Shown in pieces: positions 46,616 to 56,658 of a stretch of DNA of 64,000 nucleotides. Positions within the stretch are counted from its first letter, which is position 1. The number at the start of each line of letters is the position of its first letter. The position numbers and the translations under genes were made by a program. Under the pieces are notes generated by a model. It was not told the DNA's origin and made no database searches. It was given only the letters and a program-made list of their open reading frames with translations. This DNA comes from Bacilli bacterium. GTDB taxonomy: Bacteria; Bacillota_I; Bacilli_A; RFN20; UBA1709. Location: assembly GCA_050949315.1 (NCBI GenBank), contig JBMNFL010000001.1, positions 864,001 through 928,000 of the forward strand. The letters are read 5' to 3'.

Positions 46616-47719
46616 ATGCCATTAACAGCGGGAATAGTTGGTTTGCCAAATGTTGGAAAATCCACCCTTTTTAATGCCATTACTTCTTCAAGTGTTATCG
46701 CTGAAAACTATCCTTTTGCTACTATTACGCCTAATACGGGGATCGTTGAAGTTAAAGATTATCGTCTAAACTTTTTGACTAAACTTTTTAAATCGGCGAA
46801 GACGATAGCCGCCACTTTTGAATTTCGGGATATTGCTGGCTTAGTAAAAGGGGCTTCTAAGGGTGAGGGGTTAGGCAATCAGTTTTTAGCTAATATTCGC
46901 GAGACTGATGCCATTTGTCATGTGGTTCGTTGTTTTGAAAATGCGGCCATTATTCATGTTGATGGCAGCATTGATCCTCTTAGAGATGTAGAGACAATTG
47001 ATATTGAGTTAATTATGGCGGATTTAGAAAGTGTTGAGAAACGTTTGAGTCGGATTGAAACTAAGGCCCGCCTTCAAAAAGAGGGAGAGGCGCTTATTGA
47101 ATATAACCTTTTAAGTAAGATAAAAGAGAAACTATTAAAAATGCAACCAGCTCGCAGTCTACCTTTTAGCGAAGCGGAGGCAAGTCTGATGCGCTCCTTT
47201 CAACTCTTAACCGCAAAACCTGTTATTTTGATTGCTAACCTAGGGGAAGAAGATATTGTTAATCCTAAGGCCAATAAATATTATCAAGTTTTAGAAAGTG
47301 TCGCTCAGAAAGAAGGGGCTGAATTAGTAGCTATCTGTGCCCAAGTAGAAGCGGATATAGTTTCTCTTAGTCCAGAAGATAAGGATACGTTTTTAAAAGA
47401 ACTTGGCTTGCAAGAGAGCGGCCTTGATAAACTCACGCATGCTGCTTATAGTCTATTGGGTTTAAAGACTTTCTTTACCGTTGGGTCAAAAGAGAGTAGG
47501 GCCTGGACTTTTAAAAGTGGAAGTAAGGCTCCTGTTTGCGCAGGCATTGTCCATTCAGATTTTGAACGTGGTTTTATTAAAGCCGAGATTTATAGTTTTG
47601 AAGATTTAGTAAAATACGGCAGTGAGCAAGCCGTTAAAGATAAAGGACGATTAAGAATAGAAGGGAAGGATTATATCGTTCAAGATGGCGATATTGTCCA
47701 TTTTAGGTTTAATGTGTAA
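46616..47719 (+). CDS. ychF: Ribosome-binding ATPase YchF
   Basis: GIVGLPNVGKST, DIAGLVKGASKGEGLGNQFL, TGS C-terminus. Confidence 0.97.
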   Translation: MPLTAGIVGLPNVGKSTLFNAITSSSVIAENYPFATITPNTGIVEVKDYRLNFLTKLFKSAKTIAATFEFRDIAGLVKGASKGEGLGNQFLANIRETDAICHVVRCFENAAIIHVDGSIDPLRDVETIDIELIMADLESVEKRLSRIETKARLQKEGEALIEYNLLSKIKEKLLKMQPARSLPFSEAEASLMRSFQLLTAKPVILIANLGEEDIVNPKANKYYQVLESVAQKEGAELVAICAQVEADIVSLSPEDKDTFLKELGLQESGLDKLTHAAYSLLGLKTFFTVGSKESRAWTFKSGSKAPVCAGIVHSDFERGFIKAEIYSFEDLVKYGSEQAVKDKGRLRIEGKDYIVQDGDIVHFRFNV

Positions 47720-48609
47720 TGAAAAGAAAAGTAGGTTTAGTTTTAGGTGGAGGCGGCGCTAAAGGCGCCTATCAAGTCGGCGTTTATAAGGCTTTACGCG
47801 ATCATGGGCTTATCGATGAAATAAAGGCTATTTCTGGCACTTCAATCGGTGCGCTAAACTTAGCCCTTTTAGCCTTGCAAGAAGTTGATCAAGCTGCGGA
47901 GATTTGGCTCAGCCTTACCAAGAGAAAAGTTTTGACTCTTAAGCATTGGAAAGAGTATTTAGATTTCAAGAATTTTAGTGTTCTTTCGCGTAAGGGAATG
48001 CTAGAAATTTTTAGTAGTGAAATTGATTTTAAACGCGTCAGTGATTGTAAGATTCCACTTTATGTCTGTGCCACTAATCTTAGAGATAATGTTGGTGAAA
48101 CCTTTAAATTAAATGGGCTCAGTGAAGAAGAGATTATTGATCGTCTTTCCGCTTCTAGCGCTATCCCCACCGTTTTCCCCAACGTTGAGATCAATGGCAT
48201 CCGTTATATGGATGGCTATCTGTATGATAATGTGCCGATTAATAGTCTAGTGGTAAATGAAGGTTGCAATTTTTTATATGTTGTTCCCTTAAGCGCCTTT
48301 CATTTTCCTAAGCCTGAAGATTACCCTAATCAAACTCTAATTGTCTTTGATGAACCGGCTTTTGATGACTTAAAACTCTGGGATGGGACTTTGAGTTTTG
48401 GCCATGCTGTTGCTAAGTACCGCTTAGAATTAGGTTATGACAATGCGATGCGTCTTATTAATTATTTAAGACAAAAAGGGCTTATTTATAAGACTAGAAA
48501 AGAGAAGGTTAGACGCCTATTTTCTGTCCTTACCAGGCGAACAAAAAAGCTTAAAAAATATTATTCTGTCAGTGGTTTAGATCCCGTGATTAAAGAGGAA
48601 AAAGAATAG
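47719..48609 (+). CDS. Patatin-like phospholipase
   Basis: GGGGAKG, GTSIG, DGY (DGG-like). Confidence 0.9.
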   Translation: MKRKVGLVLGGGGAKGAYQVGVYKALRDHGLIDEIKAISGTSIGALNLALLALQEVDQAAEIWLSLTKRKVLTLKHWKEYLDFKNFSVLSRKGMLEIFSSEIDFKRVSDCKIPLYVCATNLRDNVGETFKLNGLSEEEIIDRLSASSAIPTVFPNVEINGIRYMDGYLYDNVPINSLVVNEGCNFLYVVPLSAFHFPKPEDYPNQTLIVFDEPAFDDLKLWDGTLSFGHAVAKYRLELGYDNAMRLINYLRQKGLIYKTRKEKVRRLFSVLTRRTKKLKKYYSVSGLDPVIKEEKE

Positions 48610-49416
48610 ATGGATTGGATAGAATTTTTAAAATACATCCTATTAGGAATTGTACAAGGAGCCTGTGAAATTTTACCGATTTCTTCTAGTGGGCATTTGG
48701 TTTTAGCATATGCCCTTTTGGGCTTTGAAGAAGTTAATTTAGCCTTCTCAGTTTTCTTACATTTTGCTTCTTTAATTGCGGCTTTAATCTTTTTAAGAAA
48801 ACAAGTTTGGCGTATTTTAAAAGGCAGCGCACTTTACCTTTTTAAAAAGGATCAAGAACAGAAAAACAATTTTCACTATCTTTTACTTTTAATTATAAGT
48901 ACAGCTGTCACGGCTGTTATCGGCCTTATATTTAAAGATCAAATGGCCAAACTTAGTTCAGTTGCTTTTGTTGGTATAGCCTTGATAATAAACGGATTTT
49001 GGATTTTAATTTTCGATCATTTAAAGGGGGAAAGAAGAATAGATGATCTTCCCTTGTGGAAAGCTTTAATAATTGGCCTTGGGCAGGGGGTAGGCGTTTT
49101 ACCAGGCATCTCTCGCAGTGGAGCAACTATAGGCACATCTATCTGTGTTGGACTCAAAAAAGAAGATGCCGCCGAATACGCTTTCTTACTATTTCTTCCT
49201 ATAACTTTAGGAGCCACTATTTTAGAGGTTCAAGATTTATTGACCGTTGATAAAAATTTAATTCCGGCGTATATTGCAGGTTTTGTTTTAGCTTTCTTAA
49301 CCACCTATTTGGCCTTGGTTTTCTTCTTAAAAATTATTCGTAAACGCCGTTTATTACCTTTCGCTATTTATTGTTTTATTGTGGGCTTAACGGCGACTCT
49401 GGTGGCTTTTTTATAA
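48610..49416 (+). CDS. uppP: Undecaprenyl-diphosphate phosphatase
   Basis: QGACEILPISSSGH and PGISRSG. Confidence 0.93.
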   Translation: MDWIEFLKYILLGIVQGACEILPISSSGHLVLAYALLGFEEVNLAFSVFLHFASLIAALIFLRKQVWRILKGSALYLFKKDQEQKNNFHYLLLLIISTAVTAVIGLIFKDQMAKLSSVAFVGIALIINGFWILIFDHLKGERRIDDLPLWKALIIGLGQGVGVLPGISRSGATIGTSICVGLKKEDAAEYAFLLFLPITLGATILEVQDLLTVDKNLIPAYIAGFVLAFLTTYLALVFFLKIIRKRRLLPFAIYCFIVGLTATLVAFL

Positions 49417-49927
49417 TTTTATATAAGCGCGGGTAACTTATATAGATTACAAGACAATAAACACAGGCAAAAGCTAGTGAAAACGCAAAGCGAAGGGCGA
49501 TAGTCCCCACGGTTAAAGACAAAGGATAATCAAAAATCAAAGAATCTAGATAAAGGGCACAAGAATTAATGGCCGTAACACAAAGAGAAGTTGTAAAGGT
49601 AATAAGTATTACCTTTTTTAAATTGAAATTATCCTTTATTAGATATTTAGACATTAGACCGCTAAGAAAGCCCCAAAAAATGGGAGCAATCATCCAAAGA
49701 GCGGTAGTATAACTAAGACCATAAAAGAGCATTTGACTGATAAAACCAACAACCGCTCCCGCTAAAGCGCCCACCCAAGGGCCAAATAAAAAGCCCGCTA
49801 AAAGTAAGGGTAACCCATAGATAGTAAATTTAGAAATATTAGAGCGGACACTAATAACATCTAAAATCAGTGACAGGGCCGCCATACTAGCCGCCACCGC
49901 CATTTTATAAGTTTTTGAACTTTTCAT
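49376..49927 (-). CDS. folT: Folate ECF transporter S component
   Basis: Hydrophobic S-component (LFGPWVG) downstream of a THF riboswitch. Confidence 0.75.
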   Translation of the reverse strand: MKSSKTYKMAVAASMAALSLILDVISVRSNISKFTIYGLPLLLAGFLFGPWVGALAGAVVGFISQMLFYGLSYTTALWMIAPIFWGFLSGLMSKYLIKDNFNLKKVILITFTTSLCVTAINSCALYLDSLIFDYPLSLTVGTIALRFAFSLAFACVYCLVIYISYPRLYKIIKKPPESPLSPQ

Positions 49928-49958
49928 TGAAAAAGACCTCCTTTTAAGAGGTCCGCAT

Positions 49959-50049
49959 AACAGCGGACGCGTTAGAAAACCGCCACTTAGTGTTCGCGCT
50001 AACGCAACTTCCCATCATTAGCTACTTTACGCTTTCTAACTACTCTGTT
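49959..50049 (-). ncRNA. THF riboswitch
   Basis: Minus strand ACAGAGTAG..GCGTAAAGTAG..GATGGGAAGTTGC..GCGG..CGCGTCCGCTGT; RBS hairpin GACCTC..GGAGGTC at 49935-49953. Confidence 0.85.
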
Positions 50050-50131
50050 TTCTCTAATTATAAGGGAAGTTAGTTAAAAGTGTTACAAAAAAATAAAAAT
50101 AATTTATAATAGGCACAAGGGAGAAGTAAAA

Positions 50132-50791
50132 ATGGTAACAAATGAATGGCAAGCGATTATTGATAAGGAAATCGCCCAACCTTATTTTCAAAAGTTAAAA
50201 AGTTTTATTAAAGAAGAATATGCGACCAAACGCATTTATCCTCGCGGGAAAAATATTTTTCGGGCCTTTGAGTTAACCGATTTTTCGGAAGTTAAAGTGG
50301 TGATTATCGGTCAAGATCCTTATCACAACGAAGGACAAGCTCACGGCCTTTGTTTTTCAGTGCCCGACAAGCAAGCCATTCCTCCAAGTTTGAAAAACAT
50401 CTATCAAGAATTAAAGGATGACGTAGGTTGTTCAATTCCTTCTAGTGGTAATCTTGAAAAGTGGGCTAAGCAAGGAGTTTTATTGTTAAATGCGGTTTTA
50501 ACTGTCGTTGCCCATCGTCCCTTATCTCATAGTAATAAGGGCTGGGAAATTTTTACCGAGAATATTATCAGAGTTTTAAACGATGATGATAGACCGAAAG
50601 TCTTTCTTTTATGGGGCGCCTATGCGAAAAAGAAGAAACTTCTACTCACAAATCCTAGGCATTTAGTTTTAGAAGCTAATCATCCCTCCCCCTTATCGGC
50701 TTACCGAGGCTTTTTTGGTTGCAAGCACTTTTCTAAGACTAATGCTTTTTTGATAGCAAATAAACGCCAGCCAATTGATTGGCAACTTTAA
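50132..50791 (+). CDS. ung: Uracil-DNA glycosylase
   Basis: GQDPYH and HPSPLS. Confidence 0.97.
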   Translation: MVTNEWQAIIDKEIAQPYFQKLKSFIKEEYATKRIYPRGKNIFRAFELTDFSEVKVVIIGQDPYHNEGQAHGLCFSVPDKQAIPPSLKNIYQELKDDVGCSIPSSGNLEKWAKQGVLLLNAVLTVVAHRPLSHSNKGWEIFTENIIRVLNDDDRPKVFLLWGAYAKKKKLLLTNPRHLVLEANHPSPLSAYRGFFGCKHFSKTNAFLIANKRQPIDWQL

Positions 50792-50804
50792 ACGTGTTAG
50801 AATA

Positions 50805-50888
50805 AGCGCGGGAGCTCACGATATGGGCTGAGAGTATCGTATTTGCGATAGACCGATATACCTGATCTAGATAATGCTAGCGGAGGAA
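50805..50888 (+). ncRNA. TPP riboswitch
   Basis: GGGAGC..GGCTGAGAG..GACCG..ACCTGATCTAGATAATGCTAGCGGAGG. Confidence 0.92.
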
Positions 50889-50893
50889 AGAAT

Positions 50894-51478
50894 ATGAACA
50901 TCAGAATCAGACAGATGACTGAAACCGCTATTTTGATTGCTTTAGCGGTTTTATTAGATTTATTATTCAAAGCAATACCAATTTTAAAGATGCCTACCGG
51001 TGGGAGTTTTTCACTAACAATGCTACCACTTATAATTAACGGTTATCGCAACGGCCTTAAATGGGGCATAATTAGTGGTCTTGCCTATGCTGTTATCAAT
51101 TTTGCTCTTGATGGCTATTATTGGCATTGGGGTTCAATTGTTTTTGATTATCTCTTGGCCTTTGGTTTACTGGGCTTAACAGGGTTATTTAAAAATCTTG
51201 GGCGAAGAAAACCCATCTATATTTTTGGGATTATTTTTGTTTGTTTTTTACGTTATCTTTGCCATAGTTTGAGCGGAGTTATCTTTTTTAGTTCTTATGC
51301 TGAAGATTGGTTTACTGAAAACCCAACCTCCTTTGCCTACGGCTCAGTTTTCCTTTATTCCTTTGTTATTTACAACGGTCCTTATATGTTAGCCAACACT
51401 ATTGGCTGTTTAATTGCATCTTTAGCGCTTTATCGCTTTATTTATCCAGTCAAGAAGGTGTATAATGGCAACAAGTAG
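50894..51478 (+). CDS. thiT: Thiamine ECF transporter S component
   Basis: MPTGGS, DYLLAF, HSLSGVIFF, YNGPY; downstream of TPP riboswitch. Confidence 0.9.
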   Translation: MNIRIRQMTETAILIALAVLLDLLFKAIPILKMPTGGSFSLTMLPLIINGYRNGLKWGIISGLAYAVINFALDGYYWHWGSIVFDYLLAFGLLGLTGLFKNLGRRKPIYIFGIIFVCFLRYLCHSLSGVIFFSSYAEDWFTENPTSFAYGSVFLYSFVIYNGPYMLANTIGCLIASLALYRFIYPVKKVYNGNK

Positions 51479-51486
51479 GTGGTGTA

Positions 51487-52641
51487 TTTAGAAAAGTCGA
51501 GCGAAAAGGCTCATCTTCGGTCAAATGGGACTATCATGTCCAAGGAGATCAAGTGCCTTTTACTATAGCTGATAGTGATTATGCTTCGCCCAAGTGCATC
51601 TTAAATGCTTTAACAAAAAGAGTTAAGGCCGGGCACTTTGGCTATAGTAAAAATGGTGATGATTATTTAGAGGCGATTAAAAATTGGTATCATAAAAAGC
51701 ACGCTTGTGAAATTCAAAGCAAATGGGTTCTACCCACCAGTAACGTTTTAACAGCATGTAAAATTGCTCTTGAAAGCATTGGTTACCGAGGAGACCGAGT
51801 TATTATCATGCCTCCAGTTTATAGTTCTTTTTATAATTTACTAGAAAATCTTGAACGGAAAATAGTCTGTTGTGATTTAATAAATGATAATGAAAAATAC
51901 CGAATTGATTTTGTTAAACTTGAAGAACTATTTAAGCGGGGGAATCATATCTTGCTTTTATGCAGTCCGCACAACCCAGTTGGCCGTGTCTGGCGTAGAG
52001 ATGAACTTGAAAAACTATCCGAATTATGCGCTAAATATTCGGTGACAATTATAAGTGATGAGATTCATTCAGATTTCATTTTAGGTTCTAATAAATTCAT
52101 ATCTATGCTTGAATTTAATGAGGTACACCGCCAACTTTATGTTTTATCAGCTCCAACCAAAACCTTTAGTCTTGCCGGTTTACTCTCAGCATATCTAATT
52201 GTTCCTGATGAGAATAATCGTAACTCTTGTCAAAAGACTTTGACGCGCAATTGTTGCTCAGTTGTAAATATCCTAGCCGCAACAGCAACTAAGGAAGCTT
52301 ATACCAATCCTGAAGCCTTTGAATGGGTTCAAAAACAAAACGAGCATATCTTAAAAAATTATCAAACGGTTAAAGAATATCTAGCTAAATACTTACCTGA
52401 GGCAAAACTACCAGAGCAAGAAGGAACCTATGTTCTTTGGCTTAACTTAAAGTGTTTAGATAAATCTTCAGCAGAAATTGTTGATCTTTTAGCTAAGGGT
52501 GGGGTTTTAGTCAATTCAGGAAAAAGTTATGGGGCCGATTATGATGGTTATATTCGTTGGTGCGTTGCTTGTTCGCAAAAGCAATTAAAAGAGGGTTTAA
52601 AAAGATTTGTTCGGGTTTTAGGAGCAGGTAAAAAAAGGTAA
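51487..52641 (+). CDS. PatB/MalY PLP-dependent C-S lyase (start codon unresolved)
   Basis: RKGSSSVKWD upstream of the called GTG; CSPHNPVGRVW, SDEIH, APTKTF. Confidence 0.85.
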   Translation, partial: FRKVERKGSSSVKWDYHVQGDQVPFTIADSDYASPKCILNALTKRVKAGHFGYSKNGDDYLEAIKNWYHKKHACEIQSKWVLPTSNVLTACKIALESIGYRGDRVIIMPPVYSSFYNLLENLERKIVCCDLINDNEKYRIDFVKLEELFKRGNHILLLCSPHNPVGRVWRRDELEKLSELCAKYSVTIISDEIHSDFILGSNKFISMLEFNEVHRQLYVLSAPTKTFSLAGLLSAYLIVPDENNRNSCQKTLTRNCCSVVNILAATATKEAYTNPEAFEWVQKQNEHILKNYQTVKEYLAKYLPEAKLPEQEGTYVLWLNLKCLDKSSAEIVDLLAKGGVLVNSGKSYGADYDGYIRWCVACSQKQLKEGLKRFVRVLGAGKKR

Positions 52642-52701
52642 AGGGTTGAAAAACCCTTTATAATTTTGTAGAATATAAACGCCTATGAAAGGAAGGATAT
52701 T

Positions 52702-53424
52702 ATGGGACGAGCGCATGAAGTTAGAAAAGCCGCGATGGCTAAAACCGCTGCTGCTAAGACCAAAGTTTATTCAAAATTTGGCAAAGAAATTTTAATAGCA
52801 GCTAAAGGCGGCGTTCCTGATCCTGAAATGAACCTCATCTTAAGAAGGGTGATTGAAAGAGCAAAGAAAGCTCAAGTACCAGCCGATATCATCAAAAGAG
52901 CAATTGATCGTGCTAAATCGGGGACGAGTGAGGACTATAGTGCCCAAACTTATGAAGCCTTTGGTCCAGGGGCCGCCACTTTGATTATTGAGTGTTTGAC
53001 TGATAATGTTAATCGAACGGTTAGTGATGTTCGTTCAGCGCTAACGAAGAACCAATGCAAGATGGGAGTGACCGGTAGTGTCTCACATGGTTATGACTAT
53101 GTTTCCATTGTTTCTTGTAAGGGTGTGAGCGAAGATCAGGTATTAGAAGTATTATTGATGGCGGATCTAAACATAAAGTCGGTTGAAAGCGTTGATGATG
53201 AGGTTGAAATCTATGGAGAGGCGACAGATTTATATAATATCAAGACGGCTTTAGAAGAGGCGTATCCTGATATTCAGATCGGAACCGAAGAATTGAGTTA
53301 TGTTCCTATTAATGAAGAGTACACTAGTCTTGAAGGTGATGATAGAATGTATTTTGAAAGATTATTGACGATGTTAGAGGAATTAGATGACGTGCAAGAG
53401 GTTTATCATAACGTCGAACTGTAG
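52702..53424 (+). CDS. yebC: YebC/PmpR family protein
   Basis: MGRAHE, YEAFGPG, LTDNVNRT, DDVQEVYHN. Confidence 0.95.
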   Translation: MGRAHEVRKAAMAKTAAAKTKVYSKFGKEILIAAKGGVPDPEMNLILRRVIERAKKAQVPADIIKRAIDRAKSGTSEDYSAQTYEAFGPGAATLIIECLTDNVNRTVSDVRSALTKNQCKMGVTGSVSHGYDYVSIVSCKGVSEDQVLEVLLMADLNIKSVESVDDEVEIYGEATDLYNIKTALEEAYPDIQIGTEELSYVPINEEYTSLEGDDRMYFERLLTMLEELDDVQEVYHNVEL

Positions 53425-53558
53425 CAAAGCCCAAGTTAAAGAAAGGACAATTATTTGTCCAATTTTCGGTTGAACTTAGGCTAGAGGGATTTAAAATCGA
53501 AAGTTATAAATAGGTGGGCTAGCCTTCCTATTTTTATTTCATAAAGGAGGGATCTTCG

Positions 53559-54533
53559 TTGAAGAAAGTCGTCTCATTTACCAAAGTCGTTAAAGAAGAA
53601 GTCTCTCTTTACGAGGGTTGGGAAGTTGCTGATTATCGAGCTTTGTTATCAAGTTTTATTAAGATAAACGGTCATTTATTGCTGCGCAACAATGAATGGT
53701 TGATTTTTATTCGCAGTGAAAACATTAAAGTTGCTAAACTAATTATTAAGTTATTAAAAAAACTTTATCCCGAAAGTCAACAACGCATCATTATCAGCGA
53801 GAAAAAGAAACTTCGGGTAAATAGTGATAACAAGGTTGTTAATATTGAGGTGCAAAATGGAGTCAAAGAAATTCTAAAAGAATTAGCGATTTATAGTGAA
53901 GAAAAGGGTTTTACCCTTTTACCAGCCATGTCTTATTTTAAAAACATGGAGATGCGGAAAGCTTATTTAGCAGGAGCCTTTCTTGCTAGTGGGAGTGTAA
54001 ATTCTCCGCAAACCAAAAATTATCATTTAGAAATCGCGGTTGAGACTAAGACGTTAGCGACTTACCTTCAAAGGTTATTGAAAAAGTTCTATCTGGAAGC
54101 CAAACTCATCAAAAGACGCAAACAAATTGTGGTCTATCTTAAGAAGAGTGATCAAATAGCTGATTTTTTGAAGATGATTGGCGCTTGGAATAGTTTGCTT
54201 CATTACGAAGGAATAAGGATCCAACGCGATCAGTATAACTCGCTTAATCGCCTTTATAACTGTGAGATTGCTAATGAAAGGCGGGCTTTAGAAAAAGGCA
54301 ATGAGCAGGCCGCTTTGATTGACTGGTATGCCAGCAAAATTGGTTTAGAAAAATTAGATCCCCCTTTAAGAATAGTAGCGGAAGCTAGACTTAGTAATCC
54401 TGATGCCACCTATTTAGAGTTAACCGATTACATTCGGAAAAATAAAGGTGTTAGCTTATCAAAATCCGGCTTGTCTTACCGTTTAACTAAATTAATCAAT
54501 GAATTAGAGACACTGAAAGGAATAAGAAAATGA
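53559..54533 (+). CDS. whiA: DNA-binding protein WhiA
   Basis: SFTKVVKEE, GAFLASGSVNSP..YHLE, NRLYNCEIAN, SKSGLSYRL. Confidence 0.92.
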   Translation: MKKVVSFTKVVKEEVSLYEGWEVADYRALLSSFIKINGHLLLRNNEWLIFIRSENIKVAKLIIKLLKKLYPESQQRIIISEKKKLRVNSDNKVVNIEVQNGVKEILKELAIYSEEKGFTLLPAMSYFKNMEMRKAYLAGAFLASGSVNSPQTKNYHLEIAVETKTLATYLQRLLKKFYLEAKLIKRRKQIVVYLKKSDQIADFLKMIGAWNSLLHYEGIRIQRDQYNSLNRLYNCEIANERRALEKGNEQAALIDWYASKIGLEKLDPPLRIVAEARLSNPDATYLELTDYIRKNKGVSLSKSGLSYRLTKLINELETLKGIRK

Positions 54534-54742
54534 AAAAAACAGTTGAACAAATCTTTGGAGAAAGAGTTAGAAGTTTAAGAATGATTGCTAAAATTTCACA
54601 AGAAGAATTAGCCTTTCGGGCGGATTTGAATCGCAACTATATCTCTGATATAGAATGTGGTCGTCGCAATGTTTCTTTAAAGTCCATTGAGAAAATCGCT
54701 AAAGGGCTAAACGTCAGTATTGACGCTTTGTTTATTGAGTAA
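54530..54742 (+). CDS. XRE-family HTH regulator
   Basis: ISQEELA..LNRNYISDIECGRRNVSL. Confidence 0.9.
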   Translation: MKKTVEQIFGERVRSLRMIAKISQEELAFRADLNRNYISDIECGRRNVSLKSIEKIAKGLNVSIDALFIE

Positions 54743-54757
54743 AAGGAGTTGATATTG

Positions 54758-55837
54758 ATGGATGAAAAGATGATTGAAAGATTGGAAACAATTCTCAAAC
54801 GGTCAATATATTTAGAAAAAATGATGCAACTACCAAGTGTGGCTGAAGATTTTCAGCGTTATAAACTCTACGCTAAAGAACACACTAATCTTGAAGAAAT
54901 TGCTAGTGCTTATAAGAAATATAAAGAGGCCTGTCAAGCTAGAGAGGATGCTTTAATATTAGAAAAGGATAACGATCCTGCCATTTCTAAACTAGCGAAA
55001 GAAGAACTGGAAAAAGCGGAAGAAAAAGTAGCTAAATTAACCGAAGAACTTCAATTTTTACTGCTTCCTAAAGACCCCAATGATGAGAAGAATATCATTA
55101 TGGAAATTCGTGGGGCAGCTGGCGGGGATGAAGGTAATATTTTCGCAGGCGATCTATTAAGGATGTATGGCAAGTATTGTGATGCCAAAGGCTGGCATTA
55201 TGAGATGGTTGATTATAATGAAAGTGCCGCTGGGGGTTTTGCTTTCGTTTCGATAATGATTAAAGGTAAGCGCGTTTATTCTGAGTTAAAGTATGAATCC
55301 GGGGCCCATCGAGTTCAAAGGGTACCAAAGACCGAGGCTTCTGGTCGTATCCATACTTCAACAGCGACGGTGATCGTCATGCCTGAAGCCGATGAAGTCG
55401 ATGTTCAAATTAATCCAGCGGAATTACAAATTGACACTTATCGTGCTAGTGGAGCGGGTGGGCAACATATCAATAAAACTGATTCAGCTGTTCGTATAAC
55501 CCACATTCCTAGTGGAATAGTCGTAACTTGTCAAGATGGCCGCTCCCAAATTGAAAACCGTGAGAAGGCCATGGCTGTTTTAAGGACACGCCTTTACGAT
55601 AAGATGAAAGAAGAGGATGAATTAGCTAGGGGAGCTGAGCGACGTTCCAAGATTGGAACAGGCGATCGCAGTGAAAAGATTAGAACATATAATTATCCTC
55701 AAAATCGGGTAACCGATCATCGAATTGGTTTAAGTTTGCAACAATTGGATCGCATAATGGAAGGGGATCTTTCTACTCTATTAAGTGCTCTAATTAATGA
55801 GGACCAAAGACGCAAACTTCTGGGGCAAAGTTTATAA
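54758..55837 (+). CDS. prfA: Peptide chain release factor 1
   Basis: PKT (PxT) specificity motif and GGQ. Confidence 0.96.
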   Translation: MDEKMIERLETILKRSIYLEKMMQLPSVAEDFQRYKLYAKEHTNLEEIASAYKKYKEACQAREDALILEKDNDPAISKLAKEELEKAEEKVAKLTEELQFLLLPKDPNDEKNIIMEIRGAAGGDEGNIFAGDLLRMYGKYCDAKGWHYEMVDYNESAAGGFAFVSIMIKGKRVYSELKYESGAHRVQRVPKTEASGRIHTSTATVIVMPEADEVDVQINPAELQIDTYRASGAGGQHINKTDSAVRITHIPSGIVVTCQDGRSQIENREKAMAVLRTRLYDKMKEEDELARGAERRSKIGTGDRSEKIRTYNYPQNRVTDHRIGLSLQQLDRIMEGDLSTLLSALINEDQRRKLLGQSL

Positions 55838-56658
55838 TGGCAAATTATCGTGCTTTTAAAGAACACTTTATTGAGAAAGCTAAGTTATGCAAAAAAGATG
55901 CCAATGTTTGGAAACTTCTGCTAGCAGATACTTTAGGTTGTCCTTATGACAAGGTCATTTTAAAACTTGATCAGCAGATATCAGAGTGGCAACTAGAGTG
56001 GTTAGAAATCCTTAGTGAGCGCTACTTTCAAGGCGAAGCCATTCAATACCTTTTAGGTTATTGTTATTTTTATGGTTTAAAATTCCATGTTAATCCCAAG
56101 GTTTTGATTCCTCGTTTTGTTACTGAAGAATTGGTGGCTTGGGTTTTAGAAGATAATAAAGAAGATAGGCTCAGTTTGGTTGATGTGGGGACAGGTAGTG
56201 GGAATATCGCTCTGGCTTTGAAATCCCAACGTCCAAACTGGGAGATTAAAGGCACGGATGTTTATTCAGAGGCTTTAGAAGTTGCTAAACTCAATGCCCG
56301 CTTTTTAAGTTTAGATGTCACTTTTTTAGAAAGTGATTTTTTAAGTGCGATTGCAAAAATGGATATTGTTGTTTCTAATCCTCCTTACATTGCCCCCAAT
56401 GATCCTGAGGTTGATTTAGAGGTTTTAAACAACGAACCTAGACAGGCTTTATTTACAGAAGATGAAAAAGGTCTTGCTTCTTATGAGAGAATTTTTCAGC
56501 AATTAAAAAGTAGACCATTTAAATTGGCCTACTTTGAATTCGGTTATCGTCAAAAAGCGGATTTAGAACAACTATTAGCCACGTTTTCTTATAAACACTA
56601 TGAATTTAGAAAAGATATTACAGGTAAAGATCGCTTTCTAAAAATTTATAACACCTAG
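55837..56658 (+). CDS. prmC: Release factor glutamine methyltransferase
   Basis: VLIPR, DVGTGSG, SNPPY; follows prfA. Confidence 0.93.
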   Translation: MANYRAFKEHFIEKAKLCKKDANVWKLLLADTLGCPYDKVILKLDQQISEWQLEWLEILSERYFQGEAIQYLLGYCYFYGLKFHVNPKVLIPRFVTEELVAWVLEDNKEDRLSLVDVGTGSGNIALALKSQRPNWEIKGTDVYSEALEVAKLNARFLSLDVTFLESDFLSAIAKMDIVVSNPPYIAPNDPEVDLEVLNNEPRQALFTEDEKGLASYERIFQQLKSRPFKLAYFEFGYRQKADLEQLLATFSYKHYEFRKDITGKDRFLKIYNT

